From a bacterium (GTDB lineage Bacteria > SAR324 > XYD2-FULL-50-16 > G965216635), in NCBI GenBank assembly GCA_965216635.1, contig OZ244188.1, positions 352,001-416,000 on the forward strand: a DNA stretch of 64,000 bases. Reading direction: 5' to 3'. The notes beneath the pieces were generated by a model, which did no database searches, was not told where the DNA came from, and was given only the letters and a program-made list of their open reading frames with translations. Each line of letters opens with the position of its first letter. Positions within the stretch are counted from its first letter, which is position 1. Both the position numbers and the translations under genes were made by a program. Below are positions 55,921 through 64,000 of this stretch, in pieces.

Positions 55921-57498
55921 GTGATTATGGTAACTAAATTTAATAAGACTGATGATAATGTTGTGGTTGTAGTTGGTACTGGTGCTGGCGGTGGTGTATT
56001 AGCCAATGAACTAGCACAGAAGGGTGTAAAAGTAGTCGCATTTGAAGCTGGTGGTAGGTATTTACCTAAGGATTATGTTAATGATGAATGGGCAAGTTTT
56101 GGTCAGCTTGCTTGGGTAGATAAAAGAACGACAAGTGGAGATTGGCGGGTTGCTAAAGATTTTTCTGGACTACCTGCATGGATTGTGAAAGCGGTTGGAG
56201 GAACGACAGTTCATTGGGCTGGAGCATCACTGCGGTTTCAAAGACACGAGTTTAAAATAAAAACAATTTATGGTAATGTCAGAGGTGCAAACTTATTAGA
56301 CTGGCCAATAAGTCTAGCTGACCTTAAACCGTATTACAATAAGGCAGAAAAAAAATTGGGTGTTACCCGTACTAATAATATTAAGGGATTGCCTGAGAGC
56401 AATAACTACAAAGTTTTTGAAACAGGAGCTAAAAAATTAGGCTACAAGCAAGTGAATACAGGGCGTATGGCAATCAACAGCAAAACTTATGATGGGCGTC
56501 CTGCCTGCCAACAAACAGGTTTTTGCTTTCAAGGCTGTAAATGGGGTGCTAAATGGTCTTCAGCGTATACAGATATTCCAAGAGGAGAAGCCACTGGAAA
56601 ACTTGAAGTTAGAGAACATAGCCATGTTGCAAAGATCAACCACAATAAACAAGGTAAAGTAAATGGCATTGTTTATTTTGATAGCAAAGGTAAAAGACAT
56701 TTACAAAAAGCGAGAGTAGTCTGTGTTGCTGGTAATTCTTTTGAGAGCCCTCGTTTATTGCTCAATTCTGCATCCAATATGTTTCCTGAAGGGCTTGCTA
56801 ACAGCTCTGGAATGGTGGGTAAAAATTATATGCGTCACATGACAGGATCTGTTTACGCTATTTTTGAAAAACCTGTTAAAATGTGGCGTGGTACAACCAT
56901 GGCTGGTATTATTCAGGACGAATCTAAACATAATCCAAAAAGAGGGTTTTTTGGTGGTTACGAAATGGAGACTGTATCCTTAGGATTGCCGTTCATGGCA
57001 GCATTTCTAAATCCTGGAGCGTGGGGGCGTGAATTCACATCAACGCTTGATTCTTACGAAAATATGGCTGGTATGTGGTTAGTTGGCGAAGATATGCCAC
57101 AGGAAAGCAACCGAGTAACATTGAGTGATAAAGTAAAAGATCAGTGGGGATTACCAGTAGTTAATGTTAACTACTCGGACCATCCCAACGATATTGCGAT
57201 GCGTAAGCACGCGTATCGTCAAGGACAAGCAATCTATAAAGCCGTCGGTGCAATACGCACATATCCTACACCGCCCTACCCTTCAACTCACAATCTTGGC
57301 ACAAATCGTATGTCTATGAAACCAAGAGATGGTGTAGTAAATCAATGGGGTCAATCACACGATATTGACAATTTATTTATTTCAGATGGCAGTCAATTTA
57401 CCACAAGTGCTGCTGAAAATCCAACTCTGACTATTGTTGCTTTAGCAATTAGACAAGCAGATCGTCTTGCAAGTGAGCTTTCAAAGGGGAATTTGTAA
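55921..57498 (+). CDS. GMC family oxidoreductase
   Basis: VVGTGAGGG, VGGTTVHW, CQQTGFCFQGC, HNLGT, NPTLTI. Confidence 0.92.
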   Translation: MIMVTKFNKTDDNVVVVVGTGAGGGVLANELAQKGVKVVAFEAGGRYLPKDYVNDEWASFGQLAWVDKRTTSGDWRVAKDFSGLPAWIVKAVGGTTVHWAGASLRFQRHEFKIKTIYGNVRGANLLDWPISLADLKPYYNKAEKKLGVTRTNNIKGLPESNNYKVFETGAKKLGYKQVNTGRMAINSKTYDGRPACQQTGFCFQGCKWGAKWSSAYTDIPRGEATGKLEVREHSHVAKINHNKQGKVNGIVYFDSKGKRHLQKARVVCVAGNSFESPRLLLNSASNMFPEGLANSSGMVGKNYMRHMTGSVYAIFEKPVKMWRGTTMAGIIQDESKHNPKRGFFGGYEMETVSLGLPFMAAFLNPGAWGREFTSTLDSYENMAGMWLVGEDMPQESNRVTLSDKVKDQWGLPVVNVNYSDHPNDIAMRKHAYRQGQAIYKAVGAIRTYPTPPYPSTHNLGTNRMSMKPRDGVVNQWGQSHDIDNLFISDGSQFTTSAAENPTLTIVALAIRQADRLASELSKGNL

Positions 57499-57503
57499 CC
57501 ATC

Positions 57504-57691
57504 CTAATCAGCAAATCCACATTTTCTGTGGTTTCTACAGCACTTTTGGCGGCAATGATGCCTTTTTTTTGAGCTTTTTTTACAGCAGCATCCTCAATAT
57601 CAAAACCCACTACAGAGAAACCAGATTTTACGAGGTTGCTTGCCATAGGCAAACCCATATTTCCTAATCCTATAAAGCCTATTTTTTTCAT
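57504..57691 (-). pseudogene. Truncated N-terminal copy of mmsB
   Basis: MKKIGFIGLGNMG...VDLLI matches mmsB for ~62 codons, then runs into the GMC gene end. Confidence 0.85.
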
Positions 57692-58131
57692 TTTGTTTTT
57701 GTTAGTTCGTTAATTAAATAAAAAATGGAACGATAAGTAATGGGAGAATAGTAATTTAAACCTAGCTCACAGGTAGTAGAACTAGAATATCCTTCTTTGC
57801 ATTTTTTAGGAATTTCAGATGCTAGCTTTGATAAAGCAGAATGGACTAACTCGGGATATTGAAATATCTTGTCTCCAGCAACTCCACAACAGCTCACAGA
57901 GGGAGGAATAATTACTTCTGTTGAAAGCAAAGAAGCAATTTTTTTGAATCTTTCGTCAAGACCCATCTTATACAGACTGCATACTGGATGAATTGAAATC
58001 ATTTTTTTCTTTTTTTTGATTTTTAATTTTGAGAGCACATATTTGTCTAAAATTTCTATAGAATCGTTAATATTCCAACCTTTTTTATTTAATTTTTCTT
58101 TAAGGAACATACTGCAAGGGCTAGTATCACA
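57504..58131. repeat. 628-bp direct repeat copy B
   Basis: Matches 53780-54407. Confidence 0.92.
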
Positions 58132-60495
58132 AAGTAAAGGGATTGTTTTATCTCCCAGTAATTTTAAATTTTTTTCAACCTTTTTTACTTGGTAATCTGC
58201 AGCTTCTTTATAGCCTTTAGATTCAAAAGCTTTACCACAACAAATACGATTATAATTTGGTAACAAGATTACTTGATAGCCTGCCCGTTCTAAAACTTCA
58301 ATTGTGGTATCCACTAAGGATGCAAGTTTTATTTTGGAAGTAGGCAGTATAGTCTGAGAAATACAACTAGGAAAATAAATAATTTTTTGTAAATTGCTGG
58401 AGAGTTTAGGTTGAAGTTTTTGTTTTGTCCTCAAAGGTAGATTTTTTCCTAGAGCCAAAAGAGAAAGACTACGACCTGCAGTGGGTAGTTTTTTTTTCGC
58501 AAAACGAGAAATGTTTTTTAATAAATCCTTAGTAAGAGTGGTTTTTTGTATTTCTTCTAGGAGACTCAAAGTGATTTTAATTCCCGTTTTAGCGGTGGAA
58601 AAATTTTTAGAGATACTACCCGCTAGTTTTTTGGAAATAGGAGAATTTTTTTCACTACGAAACTTTCGGATAAAAACTCCAGTATCAATCTGCATAGGAC
58701 AAAGACTTTGGCAAAGTCCACAGCTAGTGCAAGTAGCTTCACCAAAATAATTATAACTTTTAAGGAGAGTTTTTTTTTCAGCAGCTTCCAAGGATTGTAG
58801 GTTTCTTAAAACAGAAATTCGTTGTCTCGGGCTGAAGGTTATATTTACAGAAGGACATATTCTTTCGCAAAAACCGCATTCTGTGCATTTATCTAACAAA
58901 GCATCTATGGGGGGAACGGTTTTAAAATTTTTGAGATAAATCTTTTTATCTTCGTTTAAAAGCACCCCCGGATTGAGTATGTTTTGAGGATCCATAATTT
59001 TTTTCAGACGCTGCATAATGCAGTAAGCAGCATTTCCCCACTCTTTTTCTACAAAAGGAGCAGTATTTCTACCTGTGCCGTGTTCTGCTTTTAATGAACC
59101 TTGATAACGAAAAACCAATGCTGCTAATTTTTCGTTAAAAATCTCAAATTGCTTTATTTCTTTTTTACTTTCAAAAGACTGTGAAATCACAAAGTGGATA
59201 TTTCCAGCCAGAGCATGCCCGAAAATAACACCTTTATAGCCACATTCTTTTATAATCTTTTGTATTCCCAAAACTCCCTTGTCTAAATTTTGAATAGGAA
59301 AAGCAACATCTTCAATAAAAGCAGTGCTGCCTGTACTGCGCATAGCACCCACAGAAGGATAGAGTCCCTTACGGAGTTCCCAAAGTTCTGTAAACTGAGT
59401 TGTTTTATTGGAAGTAAAAAAGATAGAAGAAGTAGGTTGGAAAAGTTGAATTTTTTGAAAAATTTTCTGTTCTTGTTTTGCTAAATCTTTTTTGCTAGTA
59501 GCAGATGTTTGAATGAGTAAAGCAGCGCATTGATCGTTTGGCAATTTCACATTTTTCATTATGGGTCTATCTATCACTGCCTGCAAGGATAAGTAATCCA
59601 ATAGCTCTACTGCATCTACTGGTGTTGGTTGGAGTGCTTGGACTAATTGCGTGGTTTTTTTAATATCCTTTAAGATAAAAAAGCCCACTGATTTATGAGG
59701 CAAATCGGGGAAGCATGAAAAACAGGCTTTAGCAATAAACCCAAGAGTACCCTCTGAGCCTACAAATAAATGTTTTAAAATATCTATGGGATCTTCAAAA
59801 TCTAAAAATGAGTTGATGGCATAACCCATCGTATTTTTAATGAGATATTTGCGTCTAATTAAATCTATTAGTTCTGGGCTCGCTAAAATTTCTGTTTTTA
59901 GCTTCATCAAATTTGCTAATAAATCAGCTTTTTTTCGCCTAAATTCTGCAATATTTTTTTTATCAGCTGTGTCCAAAAGAGTGCCATCTTCTAAAAGCAC
60001 TCGTATCTGTTTTAAGGTGTGATAACTATTGAACTTTACTCCGCAGCACATTCCACTAGCGTTATTTGCTAGAATTCCTCCTATATGGGCAGCGTCAATG
60101 GAAGAAGGATCGGGACCTATTTTTTGAGAATAAGGAATTAATAAGTGGTTGACTTCACTTCCTGTAAGTGCTGGTTCTACCCAAATTTCATTTTTTGAGG
60201 CGATGTACTCACTCTTTTTCCAACTAGGGGTAAGGATAACAATTACCGAATCGCTGAGAGCTTGACCTACTAAACTAGTGCCAGCTCCGCGAAAAGTAAT
60301 ACTTACTTGATTAAACTTAGCAATCTGCAACAAAAGTTGCACTTCTTTTTCTGTATCTGCCTTTAAAACGAGTTTGGGAAATAATGTATAATGGCTAGCA
60401 TCAGTACTATACGCCATTCTTTGAATTTTGGATTGTAAAATCCTCTCAGCTGGAAAGACTTGTTTTATACTTTCTAAAAAACTTTCAAAATACAT
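57688..60495 (-). CDS. FAD-binding, Fe-S-containing oxidoreductase (D-lactate dehydrogenase-like)
   Basis: RGAGTSL, NNASGMCCG, GSEGTLG, GHALAGNIH, KAEHGTGR, CTECGFC, CCG domains. Confidence 0.9.
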   Translation of the reverse strand: MYFESFLESIKQVFPAERILQSKIQRMAYSTDASHYTLFPKLVLKADTEKEVQLLLQIAKFNQVSITFRGAGTSLVGQALSDSVIVILTPSWKKSEYIASKNEIWVEPALTGSEVNHLLIPYSQKIGPDPSSIDAAHIGGILANNASGMCCGVKFNSYHTLKQIRVLLEDGTLLDTADKKNIAEFRRKKADLLANLMKLKTEILASPELIDLIRRKYLIKNTMGYAINSFLDFEDPIDILKHLFVGSEGTLGFIAKACFSCFPDLPHKSVGFFILKDIKKTTQLVQALQPTPVDAVELLDYLSLQAVIDRPIMKNVKLPNDQCAALLIQTSATSKKDLAKQEQKIFQKIQLFQPTSSIFFTSNKTTQFTELWELRKGLYPSVGAMRSTGSTAFIEDVAFPIQNLDKGVLGIQKIIKECGYKGVIFGHALAGNIHFVISQSFESKKEIKQFEIFNEKLAALVFRYQGSLKAEHGTGRNTAPFVEKEWGNAAYCIMQRLKKIMDPQNILNPGVLLNEDKKIYLKNFKTVPPIDALLDKCTECGFCERICPSVNITFSPRQRISVLRNLQSLEAAEKKTLLKSYNYFGEATCTSCGLCQSLCPMQIDTGVFIRKFRSEKNSPISKKLAGSISKNFSTAKTGIKITLSLLEEIQKTTLTKDLLKNISRFAKKKLPTAGRSLSLLALGKNLPLRTKQKLQPKLSSNLQKIIYFPSCISQTILPTSKIKLASLVDTTIEVLERAGYQVILLPNYNRICCGKAFESKGYKEAADYQVKKVEKNLKLLGDKTIPLLCDTSPCSMFLKEKLNKKGWNINDSIEILDKYVLSKLKIKKKKKMISIHPVCSLYKMGLDERFKKIASLLSTEVIIPPSVSCCGVAGDKIFQYPELVHSALSKLASEIPKKCKEGYSSSTTCELGLNYYSPITYRSIFYLINELTKTK

Positions 60496-60549
60496 TTAAA
60501 AATTCTCGTCTTATTTATAAGCTCTTTTCTAGTTTATAGCCTATTGAGC

Positions 60550-61356
60550 CTACTGGCTAGTCCAACCTCCATCAATAGATAAAGCAGCTCCTGTAAGAGC
60601 GGCCGCTTCGGGACTGCATAAATAAAGCACTAAACTAGCAATTTCTTCTTTTTGCACAAATCTTCCTATAGGCTGAGCTTTTAAGATTATCTGAGAAATC
60701 ACATCTTCCTCGGAAATACCTCTTATTTTTGCTGTATCTGGGATCTGTTTATCTATTAAGGGGGTGCGAACATATCCCGGACAAATAGCATTTACTGTAA
60801 TATTATCTTTTACTAGCTCCAAAGCAGTAGATTTTGTGAACCCTACAACACCGTGTTTTGCTGCTACATAAGCCGATTTAAAAGGAGAAGCAACTAGCCC
60901 GTGAGCCGATGAAATGTTAATAATTCTACCATAACCTTTTTTTCTCATATTCGGAACTGCCAGTTTTGTAGTGTGAAAAGTTGCTGAAAGAGTAACCGCA
61001 ATGATATTATCCCATTTTTCTGTAGGAAATTCATCCACAGGTGAGACGAACTGAACGCCTGCATTGTTTACTAATATATCAGGTAAGAATTGTTTTTTGT
61101 GAGCTTCTTCAAATAGATTTTTTATTTGTTCTGGATCTGTAAGATCCGCTCCGTGATAAATAACTTCGCTATTGTATTCTTGTTCTAACTGTGTGCGAGT
61201 TTTTTCAATGTTATCTTTTTCTCCTAATCCATTAAGAATAAGTTTTGCTCCCGATTTTACAAGAGCTTTAGCGATTCCTAACCCGATTCCTTGTGTAGAA
61301 CCAGTAACGAAAGCAACTTTTCCTGCGAGAGGTTTTTTTTTGTTTTCTGAATTCAA
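60550..61356 (-). CDS. bdhA: D-3-hydroxybutyrate dehydrogenase
   Basis: TGSTQGIG, NNAGVQ, SAHGLVASPFKSAYVAAKHG, ICPGYVRTPL; TTG start at 61356 inferred. Confidence 0.88.
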   Translation of the reverse strand: MNSENKKKPLAGKVAFVTGSTQGIGLGIAKALVKSGAKLILNGLGEKDNIEKTRTQLEQEYNSEVIYHGADLTDPEQIKNLFEEAHKKQFLPDILVNNAGVQFVSPVDEFPTEKWDNIIAVTLSATFHTTKLAVPNMRKKGYGRIINISSAHGLVASPFKSAYVAAKHGVVGFTKSTALELVKDNITVNAICPGYVRTPLIDKQIPDTAKIRGISEEDVISQIILKAQPIGRFVQKEEIASLVLYLCSPEAAALTGAALSIDGGWTSQ

Positions 61357-61496
61357 AATAAAAAGTAGTTTTGTTAAAATAAATATAATAGCAACAATTA
61401 AAGTATAAATAATATTCTTTTGCAAGATAATAGTTAAACAATTTTCGTGATAGAGATTTTTTTTGTTTTGGGGTATTATAATTAGTAATAGATTTT

Positions 61497-61785
61497 GAGA
61501 CCTTTGAATTTGCCAAATAGGACAAAACCAGCTGTGACGGCTAGCCAAATGGTTAGAACAGGTGCAAAAAAAAATTTTAGCTCGCTGGAATACTGGAGAG
61601 CATTTCTTCACAAATGGCAAGAGTTAAAATTTTTTTTTAATGGCGTAGTGCAAAACACTAAACCCTAGCATTGTTTATACAAATGGACTGAAAAAGTGCT
61701 AAAAAGCACTTTTTCTATAGCACAGAAGCAGTTTAAGCAAGAAGCTTGCTTTGGCTAAACTTTGGTAAGCTAATTCAAAGGTCTC
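61497..61785. mobile_element. Palindromic MITE-like element, longest form, 289 bp
   Basis: gagacctttgaatt ... aattcaaaggtctc; TSD ATTTT on both sides. Confidence 0.9.
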
Positions 61786-61827
61786 ATTTTTTCTTTTACC
61801 CCAAAAATTTGATACATTTTTCAAAAA

Positions 61828-62385
61828 ATGAGTAGATTTTTTATTTTAGCAGGTCCCAATGGAGCTGGAAAAACGACTCTAGCTAAGCAAATTTTAGCTA
61901 CTTATGATTGCCAAAATTTTATCAATGCAGATGAAATTGCTAGGGTTATGAATCCTTTGTATCCAGATAGGGTAAAAATTCAAGCAGGTAGAGAAATGCT
62001 ATCAAAAATTGAAGATTTGAGCCAAAAAAAAAAAAGTTTTTGTATAGAAACCACTTTAAGCACAAAAACCTATATTTCAAAACTTAAATATCTAAAATCG
62101 CAAGGTTATACTAGCTATCTTTTTTTTATCCATCTTAGCAGAAAAGAATTGTCAATTCAGAGAGTAAAAGATAGACATTTGAAAGGCGGACATAGTATTC
62201 CAGTAGATTGGATTGAAAGAAGGTATTACAGAGGGTTAAAAAATCTTGTACAAATTTATTGGGATGCTACCGATTATCTTTTTATCTATAACAATGATAA
62301 TTCCTTAAAACAGGTTTATCAGAAAAACGAGCAGATGAAAATTTTTGATTCTGAAAAATATCATGAAATAAAAGATTATGCTTGA
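61828..62385 (+). CDS. Zeta-toxin-like P-loop ATPase/kinase
   Basis: AGPNGAGKTT, FINADEIA, ETTLS, RV..GGHSIP, RRY.RGL.N. Confidence 0.85.
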   Translation: MSRFFILAGPNGAGKTTLAKQILATYDCQNFINADEIARVMNPLYPDRVKIQAGREMLSKIEDLSQKKKSFCIETTLSTKTYISKLKYLKSQGYTSYLFFIHLSRKELSIQRVKDRHLKGGHSIPVDWIERRYYRGLKNLVQIYWDATDYLFIYNNDNSLKQVYQKNEQMKIFDSEKYHEIKDYA

Positions 62386-62602
62386 TTTAAAAATTGCAAA
62401 CGAAATTGTAAGAAAAGCAAAAAGAGAAACGGAGATTTATCGCACAAAACTTGTACCTTATGCAAAAAAAATCAAACTTTACAGTGAAGAGGGGACTCTA
62501 TTTGAAAAACTTTACCGAGTGATAGAATTTGAGAAAAAGAAAAATGAATGCTTAAAAGAGCTTTACGAAGATAAGAAAACTGATACCAAAGCCAAAGATT
62601 AG
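62378..62602 (+). CDS. Small charged protein, possible partner of the upstream ATPase
   Basis: 74 aa; start overlaps the ATPase 3' end. Confidence 0.55.
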   Translation: MLDLKIANEIVRKAKRETEIYRTKLVPYAKKIKLYSEEGTLFEKLYRVIEFEKKKNECLKELYEDKKTDTKAKD

Positions 62603-62686
62603 CAATTTTATTTCCTATTGCCTTTTATCAAATAAGCTAAGCTGTGTATTGAATAAACAAGAGCTAAAAATTTTATTACCTAAAAA

Positions 62687-62747
62687 AAAATGATAACCCC
62701 CAAAATAACGATAACCTCCAAAAAATGATAACCCCCAAATGATAACC
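62687..62747. repeat. Imperfect short tandem repeats copying the start of 62739-63296
   Basis: aaatgataacccc-like unit x4. Confidence 0.75.
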
Positions 62748-63296
62748 ATTAGGCAAACTATATTTTTAGTGGATATAGTGATGAATTACATCCTACTTTT
62801 GGGGCTTGCGTGGTCTATTTTTTTTCCTAAGAAAAGAATATGGCCCCCGCCTAAAAAACACTCTTGGCAATACTATGCTACATGGATATTCTATTATGTA
62901 GTTTTATGTTTTAATACAATACTGATAGTGCTTGATTGGAATACTTGGATTATGGGAAAAGAGATTCGGTTTCTTATTGGCGCTCCCGTCGTGATTATTG
63001 GAATTATTTTTGTAATTTCAGGTATTGCCACACTCGGATTTAAAAATACTCTTGGGCTAAAAGACAGGTTTGTCGCCAACGGAGTTTATTGTTTTACACG
63101 AAACCCGCAATATTTAGGAGATATATTTTTTCTTATAGGTATTAGTTTTATTGCAAATTCAGTGTATGTATTTGTAGTCCATCTATTAGCAATATTGGTG
63201 TTTTTATTTACCCCTTTTAGCGAAGAGCTATGGCTAGAGGAACAATACGGTAAGGAATACAAAGATTATACAAAAAGCACGGCAAGATTTTTCTAG
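62739..63296 (+). CDS. Isoprenylcysteine carboxyl / phospholipid methyltransferase family membrane protein
   Basis: GVYCFTRNPQYLG, EELWLEEQYGKEY..Y, RFF. Confidence 0.85.
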   Translation: MITIRQTIFLVDIVMNYILLLGLAWSIFFPKKRIWPPPKKHSWQYYATWIFYYVVLCFNTILIVLDWNTWIMGKEIRFLIGAPVVIIGIIFVISGIATLGFKNTLGLKDRFVANGVYCFTRNPQYLGDIFFLIGISFIANSVYVFVVHLLAILVFLFTPFSEELWLEEQYGKEYKDYTKSTARFF

Positions 63297-63349
63297 TGGG
63301 CTTTTTGCCAAAAATAAATTGCCAGAAATAAATTATTTTTTTAAGTAAA

Positions 63350-64000
63350 ATGCCAAAAATCAAGGAAATTGAATCTTATAAAAGACCAAGAGAAAAATTG
63401 TGGGAACGAGGAGTGGAAACACTTACAAACCCCGAACTATTAGCAATATTGCTTGGTAGTGGGACAAAAAAGAAAAATGTTCACGAGCTAGCCAAAGAAA
63501 TTATTGCCAAGCATGAAAAAGATTTTTTGGATGTTAAATTAGACGATTTTAAAAAATTTCACGGCATAGAAAAAATCAAGGCAACTACCATTGTTGCCGC
63601 CATAACCTTAGTGCGAAGATTTTTTGAAAATAAAAATCCTAAAGACCTTATAATCAAAGATAGCAAGGACGCATTACTGATTACTCAAGACTTAAAAAAT
63701 AAAAATCAAGAGCATCTTGTTTGCCTTTATCTCAATGTGCGAGCAGTGCTTTTGGAACAAAAAATAATTAGTATAGGTTTATTGGATAGGAGTTTGGTGC
63801 ATCCAAGAGAGGTTTTTCACCCTGCGATTAAACAAAATGCTTTTAGCGTTATTTTGGTGCATAACCATCCTTCAGGTGACCCACAGCCTAGCCACGAAGA
63901 CAACCAAGTAGCTAAAAGAATGGTGAAAGCTGGTGATTTGATGGGTATTCCCGTAGTGGATTTTTTAATTACCGCAAAAAATGGTTATTATAGTTTTCAC
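63350..64000 (+). CDS. radC: RadC / JAB-domain protein, 3'-truncated at window edge
   Basis: My translation: RPREKL, ELLAILLGSG, SLVHPREVF, VHNHPSGDPQPSHED; absent from ORF track because there is no stop in the window. Confidence 0.92.
   Translation, partial: MPKIKEIESYKRPREKLWERGVETLTNPELLAILLGSGTKKKNVHELAKEIIAKHEKDFLDVKLDDFKKFHGIEKIKATTIVAAITLVRRFFENKNPKDLIIKDSKDALLITQDLKNKNQEHLVCLYLNVRAVLLEQKIISIGLLDRSLVHPREVFHPAIKQNAFSVILVHNHPSGDPQPSHEDNQVAKRMVKAGDLMGIPVVDFLITAKNGYYSFH

Noticed and set aside
61357..61620. N-terminal extension of bdhA
   Set aside because: Runs through AT-rich intergenic DNA into a MITE; SDR homology begins near 61356
12625..61785. Palindromic elements as integron attC sites or REP/RAYT units
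   Set aside because: They have TIRs with target duplications, lack attC core sites and GTAG-type REP ends, and no intI or RAYT gene is present

Overview
An AT-rich chromosomal window from a Gram-negative bacterium (lpxB present); I cannot fix the taxonomy from sequence alone. It holds housekeeping genes (guaC, lpxB, hemD, mog, lon, dapF, aat, dsbD, yacG, radC), two tRNAs (Asn-GTT, Leu-TAA), a taurine catabolism cluster (xsc, class III aminotransferase, tauBCA), an MMPL/LolA-like/desaturase operon, TRAP and organic-acid oxidation genes, and scattered defence-like genes (FRG-TPR, RelBE-like pair, R-M methylase fusion, zeta-like ATPase pair). Three things stand out in the non-coding DNA. (1) About 11 two-ended copies plus remnants of a modular palindromic MITE-like family with ends (G/T)AGAC..TTGAATT and 5-bp target duplications; one copy sits in a 93-bp tandem array that shows the empty site. 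(2) Three accessory inserts sit at operon junctions, each flanked by a direct duplication of host sequence (27, 50 and 628 bp) that leaves both neighbouring host genes intact. (3) Local tandem duplications are frequent and copy promoters, start codons (chains of ATGA-coupled mini-ORFs) and protein segments. Protein oddities include a SelD fusion lacking its catalytic motifs, a PIN-like domain fused to a DegT aminotransferase, and a TauB with an internal 23-aa duplication. No CRISPR array, rRNA, integrase or transposase was seen.
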